Shown here piece by piece: positions 40,479-49,616 of a DNA stretch of 64,000 nt. The notes beneath the pieces were generated by a model. It was not told where the DNA came from and searched no databases. It was given only the letters and a program-made list of their open reading frames with translations. Where the stretch lies: the NCBI GenBank assembly GCA_963815115.1, contig CAWFFN010000008.1, positions 224,001-288,000 of the forward strand. The letters are read 5' to 3'. The position numbers and the translations under genes were made by a program. Each line of letters begins with the position of its first letter. The stretch's first letter is position 1. This DNA comes from an uncultured delta proteobacterium. GTDB taxonomy: Bacteria > Desulfobacterota > Binatia > DP-6.

Positions 40479-41381
40479 GTGGCCGTGTCCGTGCTCCACT
40501 GGGGCGCGAAGGCGGATACGCTGCGCTGCCTGGCGAGCGTCGCGGCGTCGCGCCTGCCGCCGGCGTGGCTCTTCGTCCTCGACAACGGCACCGGCAGCCT
40601 GGCGGAGGCCGAGGTCGAGCATGCGGCTCTGGGCGCCGTGCTTCTGCGCGCGCCGGAGAACCTCGGCTTCGCCGCCGGCCACAACCTGGTCATGCGCCGC
40701 GCGCTCGACGCCGGCGCCACGCACGTCCTGCTGCTCAACAACGACGCCACCGTCGAGCCGGGCTGCCTGGGCGCGCTCGTGCGCGTCGCCGCGCCGGCGC
40801 GGGTGGCGGCGGTCGGCGCCAAGGTGCTGGCGGCCGACGATCCGGCGACGCTCTGGCTCGCCTGGGGCCGCATCACCTGGCGGGCCGCCCTGGTCGAGCG
40901 CGTGGGGCGGGGAGCGCGCGACGGGCCGCCGTACGACCAGGTGCGCGAGGTCGAGTGGGTTCCGGGCTGTGCGATGCTCCTCGCCCGCGAGGCCCTCGAA
41001 GGCATCGGCCTCCTCGACGAGCGCTTCTTCGCCTACCACGAGGACGTCGACTGGTGCGCTTCGGCCCGCGCGGCCGGATTTCGCGTTCTCTTCGCGCCCG
41101 ATGCCCGCGTGGTGCACCGGGGGGAGGGAAGCCTCGCGGGGCGCGGACCCGCGAATCCGGCGCGCTACCTCTCCGCCCGCAACACGGTGCTCTTCGCACG
41201 CAAGCACGGGCGGCCGGGACAGTGGGCGAGCCTCGCGGCGACCATCGCCGCGAGCCTGCCGCTCGAGGCGTTGCGGGGCTGGCACGGAGGGCACGCGGCG
41301 GTCGCGGGGCTGCTCTGGCGCGGCTACCGCGACGGCCTCCTCGGACGGCCCCTGCCGCTGCGCGATCTCGGACTTCGGTAG
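40479..41381 (+). CDS. GT2 glycosyltransferase
   Basis: LDNG, NLGFAAGHN, LLNND and FAYHEDVDW. Confidence 0.92.
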   Translation: MAVSVLHWGAKADTLRCLASVAASRLPPAWLFVLDNGTGSLAEAEVEHAALGAVLLRAPENLGFAAGHNLVMRRALDAGATHVLLLNNDATVEPGCLGALVRVAAPARVAAVGAKVLAADDPATLWLAWGRITWRAALVERVGRGARDGPPYDQVREVEWVPGCAMLLAREALEGIGLLDERFFAYHEDVDWCASARAAGFRVLFAPDARVVHRGEGSLAGRGPANPARYLSARNTVLFARKHGRPGQWASLAATIAASLPLEALRGWHGGHAAVAGLLWRGYRDGLLGRPLPLRDLGLR

Positions 41382-41525
41382 GAGTCCCGGTCCGGAGGCC
41401 CGCGCCGCACACGACTTTTCACCCGTTTTGTTCTTCACATCGGCGGGGGGGTGTGTTACCGGCAGACGTTCGCAGTGGAGCATGGAGCCCCCCGGGGGGG
41501 CCGCTGTCGAAGGGGAGAGAGGGAC

Positions 41526-44123
41526 ATGGAAAGACACCGCACGTATCGCGACTGTATTCGGCTCGCCGCCGCCCTGGGCGCGGCGCTGCTCCTTCCGGCT
41601 GCCCGCGCGCAGGCGCAGATCCAGGTGCCGAACTGCGAGATCCGGGTGGCCGAGGGTGGCCGCCTCGACAACGCGTCGAGCTCCGACGCGAACCTCAGCT
41701 CGCTGGAGGACGGCAGCCGCCTCCAGCTCGGACGCAAGGTCCTCTTCGCCGATGACACCGCGGTGTCGGGAGCCCTGGTCGGCCTCGGCAACGGCGCCAG
41801 CATCTTCAACCTGAACGTCGACCTGCTGCACCAGGGCAAGGGCGCGATCGTGCGCGGCGTCCAGGGGCCGTTCGCGCCCGGCGTCACCTGCACCCTGCCG
41901 GCCATCCAGTGCGGCGGCGCGGACGTGTTCGTGGCGAAGAACCAGTCGTTGAACCTGGCGCAGGGCACCTACGGCAAGGTCACGCTGGAGAACGGCGCGA
42001 GCCTGACGCTGTCGGCCGGCGTCTACAACGTCTGCCAGATCCGCACGGGCAGGCACGCCGCCATCAGCGTGACGGGAAGCGACCAGTCGACGATCAACGT
42101 GCGCGACACCGTGCGGCTCGAGAACACCACCACGTTCGGTCCCGCCAGTGACACCCCGACGCCGCTCCTCAACGTCGGCGGCACCACCGTCCACCTGAGC
42201 GCCAACAGCGACGTGCGCGCCTTCATCACGGCGCCGAACGCTCGCCTCGGCCTCGGCCGTTCCATGAAGTTCACCGGCGCGGCATGCGCCCAGACGCTCG
42301 CCGGCAGCAAGCACGTCGAGATCGAGTGCGCCCCCGACGTGGCCAGCACGACGACGACCACCACCAGCACGTCGTCGACCAGCACGACGTCCTCCACGAC
42401 CTCGACGACGACCACCACGACGCAGGGCGCGGTGTGCGGCAACGGCACCATCGATCCGGGCGAGCAGTGCGATTCCGGTTCGCCGGGCGGCGGCTTCGTC
42501 GGCGGCGATTGCGGCTTCTGCACCGCCGAGTGCGTCTGCCAGGGCGGTAGCACGACGACGACGACCGTCGAGAGCACGACCACCACCACCGAGACCACGA
42601 CCACGACGGTCGAGAGCACCACCACGACGACCGAGAGGCGAGCACGACCACCACGACGACGAGACGGCGAGACGACCACCACGACGACCGAGACGGCGAG
42701 CACGACCACCACGACGACCGCCGAGAGCACGACCACCACGACCTCGACCACGACCACCACCACGACGCAGGGCGCGGTGTGCGGCAACGGCACCATCGAG
42801 CCGGGCGAGCAGTGTGACTCGGGTTCGCCGGGCGGCGGCTTCGTCGGCGGTGATTGCGGCTTCTGCACCGCCGAGTGCGTGTGTCAGGGGGCGAGCACGA
42901 CCACCACCACGGCGGCCCCCACGACCACCACGACCGAGACGATCCCGACCACGACGACCACCGAGACGATCCCGACCACCACGACCACCGAGACCATCCC
43001 CACCACGACCACGACCGAGACCATCCCGACGACCACGACGACGGAGGCGATCCCGACCACCACCACGTCGACCACCGAGGAGACCACCACCTCGACGACC
43101 GAGGAGTCCACGACCTCGACCACGTCGACGACCGAGACGACCACGACCACGCTGCCGCTGCCCACGAGCCTCGAGTTCACCAACGGCGCGCCCGGCGGAC
43201 CGTGCGGCACCGCGACGGACGGGAGCAACGCCCTCGTCAAGACCCTCACCTGTGGAGGTCTCAACCTCGGCGGCGGCGGATCGACCGTCGGAGAGGGCCC
43301 CACGCCGGACGGGTCGCGGAGCCGCTTCACGCTGGATTGCACGGTCTCCCCCTGCAACATCGGGGCGTTCACCACCCCGCCCGCCACCAGCAGCACCGAG
43401 CCCGACTGCAGCACCACCGGCTGCAACTTCGGCACGCCCCTGCCGATCCCGAATACGACCCTCACCAACCTGACCACCTGCGTGCTGAACACCTTCGCCG
43501 CCCCGGCGACCGGGACGATCAACCTCTCCGACGGCACGTCGGTCACGAACGTCTCGCTCACGTCGGACACCTACCTCACCGGCAACGTGGGGCAGCCCTG
43601 CCCGGCGTGCCGCTCCGGCGGCGTCCCCGTGAATGGCAGCACGGCCAGTCCGGCGACGGGCACCTGCGACCGCGGCGCACGGAAGGATATGGCCTGCACC
43701 AGCAGCAACTCGCACGGCCTGACGCGTGACTGCCCGACGGGCGGCGCCGACGCCACCCACCCGTGCATGGCCGGCGTGCCGGGTCAGGATAGCTGCATCG
43801 ACGGCACCCACGTCGGCCCGATCGCGGTCGATCTGTCGCCGCTCACCACGGCGCCCGCGTCCAAGACCGCCGATGCCAATGGGAACTTCTGTCCCGGCCA
43901 GGGTGGAAACCCAGGCACGCCCGGCTGCTTCAACCAGCCGACGTGCCGCACCATCACCGAGAACGGCACCGCTGCGGGGCCGGTGACCACCGGTGTCCCG
44001 GCAACGGGAACGCTGGCGTCGGTGTTCTGCATCGGCGCAACTCCGAACGGGCTGGTGAACTTCGCCGCCGACCTTCCGGGGCCGGGCGCCGTGTCCCTGC
44101 CCGGCCAGTTCGTCGTCAACTAG
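41526..44123 (+). CDS. Large secreted mucin-like protein: beta-helix-like N domain, Thr-rich stalk with two Cys modules, Cys-rich C domain
   Basis: Signal peptide ending AQA-Q, poly-Thr tracts, and two CGNGTI(D/E)PGEQCD modules (myxococcal Cys-rich/DUF4215-like). Confidence 0.88.
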   Translation: MERHRTYRDCIRLAAALGAALLLPAARAQAQIQVPNCEIRVAEGGRLDNASSSDANLSSLEDGSRLQLGRKVLFADDTAVSGALVGLGNGASIFNLNVDLLHQGKGAIVRGVQGPFAPGVTCTLPAIQCGGADVFVAKNQSLNLAQGTYGKVTLENGASLTLSAGVYNVCQIRTGRHAAISVTGSDQSTINVRDTVRLENTTTFGPASDTPTPLLNVGGTTVHLSANSDVRAFITAPNARLGLGRSMKFTGAACAQTLAGSKHVEIECAPDVASTTTTTTSTSSTSTTSSTTSTTTTTTQGAVCGNGTIDPGEQCDSGSPGGGFVGGDCGFCTAECVCQGGSTTTTTVESTTTTTETTTTTVESTTTTTERRARPPRRRDGETTTTTTETASTTTTTTAESTTTTTSTTTTTTTQGAVCGNGTIEPGEQCDSGSPGGGFVGGDCGFCTAECVCQGASTTTTTAAPTTTTTETIPTTTTTETIPTTTTTETIPTTTTTETIPTTTTTEAIPTTTTSTTEETTTSTTEESTTSTTSTTETTTTTLPLPTSLEFTNGAPGGPCGTATDGSNALVKTLTCGGLNLGGGGSTVGEGPTPDGSRSRFTLDCTVSPCNIGAFTTPPATSSTEPDCSTTGCNFGTPLPIPNTTLTNLTTCVLNTFAAPATGTINLSDGTSVTNVSLTSDTYLTGNVGQPCPACRSGGVPVNGSTASPATGTCDRGARKDMACTSSNSHGLTRDCPTGGADATHPCMAGVPGQDSCIDGTHVGPIAVDLSPLTTAPASKTADANGNFCPGQGGNPGTPGCFNQPTCRTITENGTAAGPVTTGVPATGTLASVFCIGATPNGLVNFAADLPGPGAVSLPGQFVVN
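42423..42890 (+). repeat. Intragenic duplication of a 123-bp (41-aa) Cys-rich module
   Basis: 42423-42545 and 42768-42890 both encode QGAVCGNGTI(D/E)PGEQCDSGSPGGGFVGGDCGFCTAECVCQG. Confidence 0.93.
42937..43065 (+). repeat. Intragenic 27-bp tandem repeat (E[T/A]IPTTTT[T/S], about five copies)
   Basis: Visible in the translation. Confidence 0.85.
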
Positions 44124-44135
44124 CGACCGGAACAT

Positions 44136-44170
44136 GGCGGGCCCGAGCCTCGCGCAGGCTCGGGCCCGCC
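44136..44170. terminator. Perfect 15-bp-stem hairpin between convergent genes
   Basis: GGCGGGCCCGAGCCT-CGCGC-AGGCTCGGGCCCGCC, with no U-tract. Confidence 0.65.
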
Positions 44171-44171
44171 G

Positions 44172-45083
44172 TCATCGCAGGCCCAGCTCGTCGAGCGGCA
44201 GCGGCCGGTGCGTGACGGCGTCGCGGACCCCGCGCACCTTGAGCCACACCCGGCCTGCATCGCCCTGCGGCAGGTGCCAGAGGAGCTGGAGCGGCAGCGA
44301 GACGCCGAGGAAGCTCGCGAGCTTTACCCACTGCGCGGGCCCGGCGTGCTTGCGCGCGAAGAGGATGGTGTTGCGGGCGGCGAAGTAGGTGCGGATGCGC
44401 ACCGAGCGCTCGCCGCCGGCCGTCCCCCGCCCGGTGTGGGTGACGACCGCCTCGGGGCAGTAGACGACACGCAGTCCGGCGCGGCGCGCGCGCGTGCACC
44501 AGTCGACCTCCTCGTGGTAGGCGAAGAACGACTCGTCGAGGAGGCCGACGCGGGCGAGCGCCGTCGCGCGCAGCCACATGGCGCAGCCCGCGATCCACTC
44601 GACGTCGCGCTGCGCGCCCCACGCCGGCCCGTCGAGCGCGTCCGCGCCGCACAGGCCGACCAGGCTCTGCCGCCAGGTGATGCGACCCCAGGCGAGCCAC
44701 AGGCGCCGCGGATCCTCTCGCGCCAGCACCTTCGGACCTGCCGCGGCCACGCGGGGATCGGCGTCGAGCACCGCGCGGGCCGCCGCCGTCGCGCCGGGTC
44801 GCACGCGGACGTCGTTGTTGAGGAGCAGCACGACCTCCGCATCGCGCGCGAGGGCGTGCCGGATGCCGAGGTTGGCCCCACCGGGGTAACCGAGATTCTC
44901 CGCGCTTCGCAGGCACTCGACGTGGGGCGCGTGCCGCGCCAGCAGGTCGCCGATGGGCTCGTGGGAGCCGTTGTCGACCACCACGATCGAGACGCCGGGC
45001 TCGCCCGCGAGGCTCTCGACGCAGCCGAGCGTGTCCTCCGGGTCCTGCCAGTGCACCACGACGGCGACGACCGGATCGCTCAC
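44172..45083 (-). CDS. GT2 glycosyltransferase
   Basis: VDNGS, NLGYPGGAN, LLNND and FAYHEEVDW. Confidence 0.92.
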   Translation of the reverse strand: MSDPVVAVVVHWQDPEDTLGCVESLAGEPGVSIVVVDNGSHEPIGDLLARHAPHVECLRSAENLGYPGGANLGIRHALARDAEVVLLLNNDVRVRPGATAAARAVLDADPRVAAAGPKVLAREDPRRLWLAWGRITWRQSLVGLCGADALDGPAWGAQRDVEWIAGCAMWLRATALARVGLLDESFFAYHEEVDWCTRARRAGLRVVYCPEAVVTHTGRGTAGGERSVRIRTYFAARNTILFARKHAGPAQWVKLASFLGVSLPLQLLWHLPQGDAGRVWLKVRGVRDAVTHRPLPLDELGLR

Positions 45084-46165
45084 CCGAGCACCTCCTCGTA
45101 GACCCGGCGGGTGCGCCGTGCCGTCTCCTCCCAGCTGAAGGTCGCGGCGCGCTGCCGCGCCTGCTCGCCGAGGGCCGCTCGCGCGGCCGGGTCGTCCAGC
45201 AGGCGGGTCAGCGCGACGCCCAGCAGCGTCGGGTCGGAACGCGCTACGAGCACCGCGGCGTCGCCGGCGACCTCCGGGATGGAGGTGACGGCCACCGCCA
45301 CCACGGCGCAGCCTCCGGCCATGGCCTCAAGCACGGTGAGGCCGAAGCCCTCGTACTCGGACGCGCTCATCGCGATCTCGGCGGCGGCGTAGAGGGCGCG
45401 CAGCTCGCCGTCGTCGAGCGCGCCCAGCCAGTGCACACCTGCCGGCAGATCGACCAGCCAGTGCGGCGCATATCCGGGTCGCAGCCGCCCGGCGATGACC
45501 AGCTCCCAGCCGCGCGCCGCGCCTCGCGCGCGCTCGAACGCCTCGATGACGTACTCGACCCGCTTGCGGGGCTGGATGGTCCCGACGCAGGCGACGAGGC
45601 GCTCACCGAGGCCGTACCTCGATCGGAGCGCTTCCACGGCGCTCGCCGACGGCGGAGTGGCGAGCGCCGCGGGCACCGCCAGCGGGACCACGGGCACGCG
45701 CTCGGGAGGCAGCCCGAAGCGCCTCACGAGATCGCCGCGGGCATGCTCCGAGTCGGCGATCACCCGGGCAGCGCGGGCAACGCTCGATGGTACGCAGAGC
45801 CGGAAGTGGAGCCGCTGGGGCCACGCAAAGGTCTCGGGACAGGCATAGACCGCGAGGTCGTGCACCGTGACGACCCCCGGCACCGGCAGCCGCCAGGGCA
45901 GGATGTTCTTGGTGCCGTGGTAGAGCGCGATCCGCCGGGCACCGACCAGGCCGGGAAGGCGCACGTGGTCCCAGGTCACCTGGTGGTAGGTCGTCGCCAG
46001 CGGCACGTGGACGCGCTCGACGTCGAAGGCGGCGAAGTCGTCGGGTCGATCGGTGAACACGACGTAGTGGTGGCCGCCCAGGCGAGCCAGGGACGCGACC
46101 AGCTCGCGAGCATAGGTGGCCGGCCCGCCGCGGATGCCCACCAGCGCCCCGATCCCTATGCGCAT
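45080..46165 (-). CDS. GT4 (group 1) glycosyltransferase, mannosyltransferase-like
   Basis: VTVHDL, VGTIQPRK and YEGFGLTVLEAM. Confidence 0.93.
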   Translation of the reverse strand: MRIGIGALVGIRGGPATYARELVASLARLGGHHYVVFTDRPDDFAAFDVERVHVPLATTYHQVTWDHVRLPGLVGARRIALYHGTKNILPWRLPVPGVVTVHDLAVYACPETFAWPQRLHFRLCVPSSVARAARVIADSEHARGDLVRRFGLPPERVPVVPLAVPAALATPPSASAVEALRSRYGLGERLVACVGTIQPRKRVEYVIEAFERARGAARGWELVIAGRLRPGYAPHWLVDLPAGVHWLGALDDGELRALYAAAEIAMSASEYEGFGLTVLEAMAGGCAVVAVAVTSIPEVAGDAAVLVARSDPTLLGVALTRLLDDPAARAALGEQARQRAATFSWEETARRTRRVYEEVLG

Positions 46166-46176
46166 GGCTAGGAGCG

Positions 46177-46201
46177 CGACCCGAGACTCCGCCTCGGATC
46201 G
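46177..46201 (-). repeat. REP-like hairpin, degenerate copy of 20274-20298
   Basis: 23/25 identical; both changes give G-U pairs on the minus strand. Confidence 0.7.
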
Positions 46202-46405
46202 AAAGCGGAGGCGAGCGTGTGGCGTTCGGCGGATCGAGCGGAGGCCATGCCGCGGCCGGCAAAGCCGGCGCGGCAACACGTGGCGCGCCGGGGCTCTGGC
46301 CCAATCCGTCCTGACCCGCCCACAGGCATGCCGTTCTCAGCTCCCGAGTCCTCCGGAACGTTTGCCGCGCCGGCTAGGCCGGCCGCGGCACGACGTCCGC
46401 ACTGT

Positions 46406-47383
46406 TCATGAGGTTTCATTCTCCCCTCCGTCTCGGCCCGAGACGAAGTCTCGGGCCGACCCACCCGGGGCCCGCACCGGCTCGGGAGCGGCGCCGGTGG
46501 CGACCCGCAGCCCGGCGAGGGCGCCCCGGCCGAGCTGGCGAACGACCTCCCCGCGACCGCGCAACGCATATAGCGCGGCGCTGGCACCCACCATGGCAGC
46601 ATACGCCGGGACGAAGGCGAGAAGCGCCGGCCACCCCCCGCGCCGGCGCACCACGAGCCACGGGTTGCGTGCCTTCAGATACGCCGCCCACGGCGTGAGG
46701 CCGCTCGCGAATCCGCGCAGCCCGTCGTGCTGGACGACCGCACGCGGCTCGATGACGGCGCCGTAGCCGCGCTCGTGCGCCGCCAGGCAGAAGTCCACAT
46801 CCTCGTAGTAGACGGCGATTTCCTCCGAGAACCCGGCCACGGCCTCGAAGCACGCCCGGGTGACGAGGAGGGCGCAGCCCATGACCCCGCTCACGGCGTA
46901 CGGCACGCCGGATGACCGCCGATAGCGCACCAGTGTCCGGGGTACGCAGAGAAGCGGGAGCGAGTGACGTTCGCCCGCCGACAGGACATTGGCGGGGTCG
47001 CGGAGGTCGACGACGCGCGGACCGGCGATGCCCGCCCCGGGCGCGGCATCGAGCGCAGCGAGCAGCAGGCGAAGCGCGTCGGGCGCGAGCACGGTGTCGT
47101 TGTTGAGCAGCAGCAGGCGCTCCGCCCCCGCATCGATCGCCGCGCGAGCCCCGGCGTTGAGGCCCCCGGCGAACTGGCGGTTGTGGTCGAGGAGCAGGAG
47201 GCGGACGGGCGTCAGAGCCCCGAGTGCGCCGCGCAGCCGGGTGCGCTCGGCCTCGCTCGATGCGTTGTCGACCACGATCACCTCGTCGGGAGGACGATCC
47301 TGGGCGAGCAGCGAGGCCACGCACCGCTCGGTCGCCGTCCCTCCTTCCCACGTGACCACCACGGCAGCGGTGCGCACGCTCAT
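46406..47383 (-). CDS. GT2 glycosyltransferase
   Basis: VDNAS, FAGGLN, LLNND and YYEDVDF. Confidence 0.92.
   Translation of the reverse strand: MSVRTAAVVVTWEGGTATERCVASLLAQDRPPDEVIVVDNASSEAERTRLRGALGALTPVRLLLLDHNRQFAGGLNAGARAAIDAGAERLLLLNNDTVLAPDALRLLLAALDAAPGAGIAGPRVVDLRDPANVLSAGERHSLPLLCVPRTLVRYRRSSGVPYAVSGVMGCALLVTRACFEAVAGFSEEIAVYYEDVDFCLAAHERGYGAVIEPRAVVQHDGLRGFASGLTPWAAYLKARNPWLVVRRRGGWPALLAFVPAYAAMVGASAALYALRGRGEVVRQLGRGALAGLRVATGAAPEPVRAPGGSARDFVSGRDGGENETS
46433..46459. repeat. REP-like hairpin, third copy
   Basis: TCGGCCCGAGAC-GAA-GTCTCGGGCCGA, a perfect 12-bp stem. Confidence 0.7.
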
Positions 47384-48531
47384 CCTCCCGTGGCCATTCC
47401 CGGGGCGCGGGCATCGGGGCGCACGCCGAGCCGCGCCGCCAGGACGTCGGCGAGCCGGGCCGCGACCTGCTCCGCGCCGAAGCGCGCGAGGACGTGTGCG
47501 CGCGCCGCGGCGCCGAGCCGCTCGGCGAGCGCCGGCATCGCGAGCAGCTCGCCGACGGCGGCGGCGAGGGCGACAGGGTCCCCGGGCGGGCAGACGACGC
47601 AGTGCTCGCCGGGCTCCAGCACCTCGCGCAGCGCCGGCCCGTCGCGCGTCACCAGCGGGCGCCCGGCAGCGGCCGCCTGGTAGACCTTGTTCGGCACCAC
47701 CATGGCCGCCTTGCGACCGGTGCCGAAGACGCCGAGTGCCACCGAGGCCTCGGCGAGCTCGTCGCGCAACCCGGCCAGCGGCAGCTCGTCACGCCAGGTG
47801 ATCCGCGCCCCGAGGCGATCGGCCCGGAACTTCACGCGTGGCCGCTCCGGGCCGCCGCCGATCAGGACGACGTCGGCGCGCGCGCCGAGGATGGCGGCAG
47901 CGCGCACGATGGTGTCGATCCCATGGAGCGGCAGGTAGCGGCCGTAGAAGAGCACCCGTCCCGGCACGGGCGCGCGATCGGGCGGGGGGGTCAGGAACTC
48001 GGGCTCGACCCCGAAATGCCAGACTGCCAGGCGTTCTCGCTCGACGCCCAGTCCCTGCATGTAGTCGGCATGCGCCGCGGTGTCGGCCAGGACCAGATCG
48101 GCGGCGCGCAGGCTGGCACGGTCGAGGGCGGCCGCCAGCCGCGCTCTCGAGCCGCCCGCCGGAAACACCTGCCGATCCTCGACCAGCGTCTCGCTGAGGG
48201 TGACGAGGGGTGCGAAGACGAGCCCGGCGCGCGGCCGGCAGAAGCGCGCCGCCAGGAGCACGTCGAGCTGGCCGCCGAAGCCGACCACGACCAGCGGCGG
48301 CGGCCGGTCCCGCCGCCAGGCGCGCACCAGTCGGCGCGCGGCGACAGCCCAGCGGACGGCGAGCCGGGCGAGCGACGGGGCGCCGAAGTAGGGCGCCGCC
48401 TTCTCTCGCGCGGTCTCCCACACCGGCTCGTGCAGCTCCTCGACCTCGAAGCCCGCGCCGGCGAGTGCGCGGCGCAGGAGCCGGTTCGCGCTGTGGCCGC
48501 GATCGTACGTGCCGAAGAGGCACGCCGTCAT
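47380..48531 (-). CDS. GT4-family glycosyltransferase
   Basis: GT-B pattern: LADT, LFYGRYLPLHG and LGVFG...VPNKVYQ. Confidence 0.88.
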   Translation of the reverse strand: MTACLFGTYDRGHSANRLLRRALAGAGFEVEELHEPVWETAREKAAPYFGAPSLARLAVRWAVAARRLVRAWRRDRPPPLVVVGFGGQLDVLLAARFCRPRAGLVFAPLVTLSETLVEDRQVFPAGGSRARLAAALDRASLRAADLVLADTAAHADYMQGLGVERERLAVWHFGVEPEFLTPPPDRAPVPGRVLFYGRYLPLHGIDTIVRAAAILGARADVVLIGGGPERPRVKFRADRLGARITWRDELPLAGLRDELAEASVALGVFGTGRKAAMVVPNKVYQAAAAGRPLVTRDGPALREVLEPGEHCVVCPPGDPVALAAAVGELLAMPALAERLGAAARAHVLARFGAEQVAARLADVLAARLGVRPDARAPGMATGG

Positions 48532-49553
48532 CGGGCCTGGCGACCGCTCTCGGCGTGCGCCGGTGGGGCGGGTCCGTCGGCCTGCAGCCGCTCGACGTCG
48601 GCCTCCCGGCCGAAGCGCAGCTCCAGCTCCCGCACCCGCAGGAGCATGTCCTCGACCAGCGTCCGGCTGCTGCCGATCAGGTCGGCGACCAGGCCGATCA
48701 GCATGGTCTGGAAGCCGACGATGACGAGCACCGCAGCCAGGATGAGGCTCTGGATGTGTCCCATGCCGCCCTCGAACATCCAGTCGAACGCGAAGCGAAG
48801 CGCGATGGCGACCCCGAGCAGCACCGCCACGCCGCCGAGCCCGACGAAGACGGTGAGCGGCTCGTAGAGCGCGTAGATGCGCACCATGGTGGCGAGCGAG
48901 CGCCGGACGTAGAGCGCCATCGAGCCGAACAGGCGCGACGGCCGGCGCACGGGGTTGGTCGAGATCGGGAAGTGTCCGATCGGGATGTGCTTCTTGCCCG
49001 CCTGGATGATGGTCTCGAGGGTGTAGGTGAACTTGGTCACCACGTTCATCCGGAGCGCGGCCCGGCGCGAGAAGGCCCGGAAGCCACTGGTGGCGTCGGG
49101 CACCGTGGTGCCGGAGAGGCGCCGGACGACCCAGCTCCCCATGCCCTGGAGGAAGCGTTTGGGGACCCCGAAGTCCCGCGACCAGCTGGGCGTTCGATCG
49201 CCGATCACGATGTCGACCTGCCCCGCGACGATGGGGGCGACCAGCCGCCGGATCTCCGAGCCGGGGTACTGATGGTCGGCGTCCGTGTTGACGATCACGT
49301 CGGCCCCGAGCTTCAGGGCGGCATCGAGCCCGGCCGAGAAGGCGCGCGCGAGCCCGGCATGCACGGGAAGACGGAGCAGGTAGGTGGCGCCGGCGCGGCG
49401 AGCCACCTCCCCGGTTGCGTCGCTCGAGCCGTCGTCGATGACGAGCGTCTCGATGACCTCGATGCCCGGAAGGCTCCGCGGCAGGCCGGCGAGCGTCTCG
49501 GCGAGCGTCGCCTCCTCGTTGTAGCAGGGAATCTGGATGATGAGCTTCCGCAT
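48528..49553 (-). CDS. GT2 glycosyltransferase (polyprenol-phosphate glycosyltransferase-like, two C-terminal TMs)
   Basis: IPCYNEE, DDGSSD, NTDADHQY and DATSGFRA. Confidence 0.93.
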   Translation of the reverse strand: MRKLIIQIPCYNEEATLAETLAGLPRSLPGIEVIETLVIDDGSSDATGEVARRAGATYLLRLPVHAGLARAFSAGLDAALKLGADVIVNTDADHQYPGSEIRRLVAPIVAGQVDIVIGDRTPSWSRDFGVPKRFLQGMGSWVVRRLSGTTVPDATSGFRAFSRRAALRMNVVTKFTYTLETIIQAGKKHIPIGHFPISTNPVRRPSRLFGSMALYVRRSLATMVRIYALYEPLTVFVGLGGVAVLLGVAIALRFAFDWMFEGGMGHIQSLILAAVLVIVGFQTMLIGLVADLIGSSRTLVEDMLLRVRELELRFGREADVERLQADGPAPPAHAESGRQAR

Positions 49554-49616
49554 CGCGCCGCCTTCACCTTAGCCGCCGGGGCCCCCGGGGCACCAGCGGC
49601 GGCTCGCGGGGCACGC

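Noticed and set aside
42340-43150. Possible CRISPR-like or non-coding repeat array
   Set aside because: The repeats are in-frame coding units without unique spacers, and no cas genes are present.
42854-43729. His/Asp-rich ORF resembling a metal-binding protein
   Set aside because: It is the alternative frame of the ACC/ACG Thr repeats.
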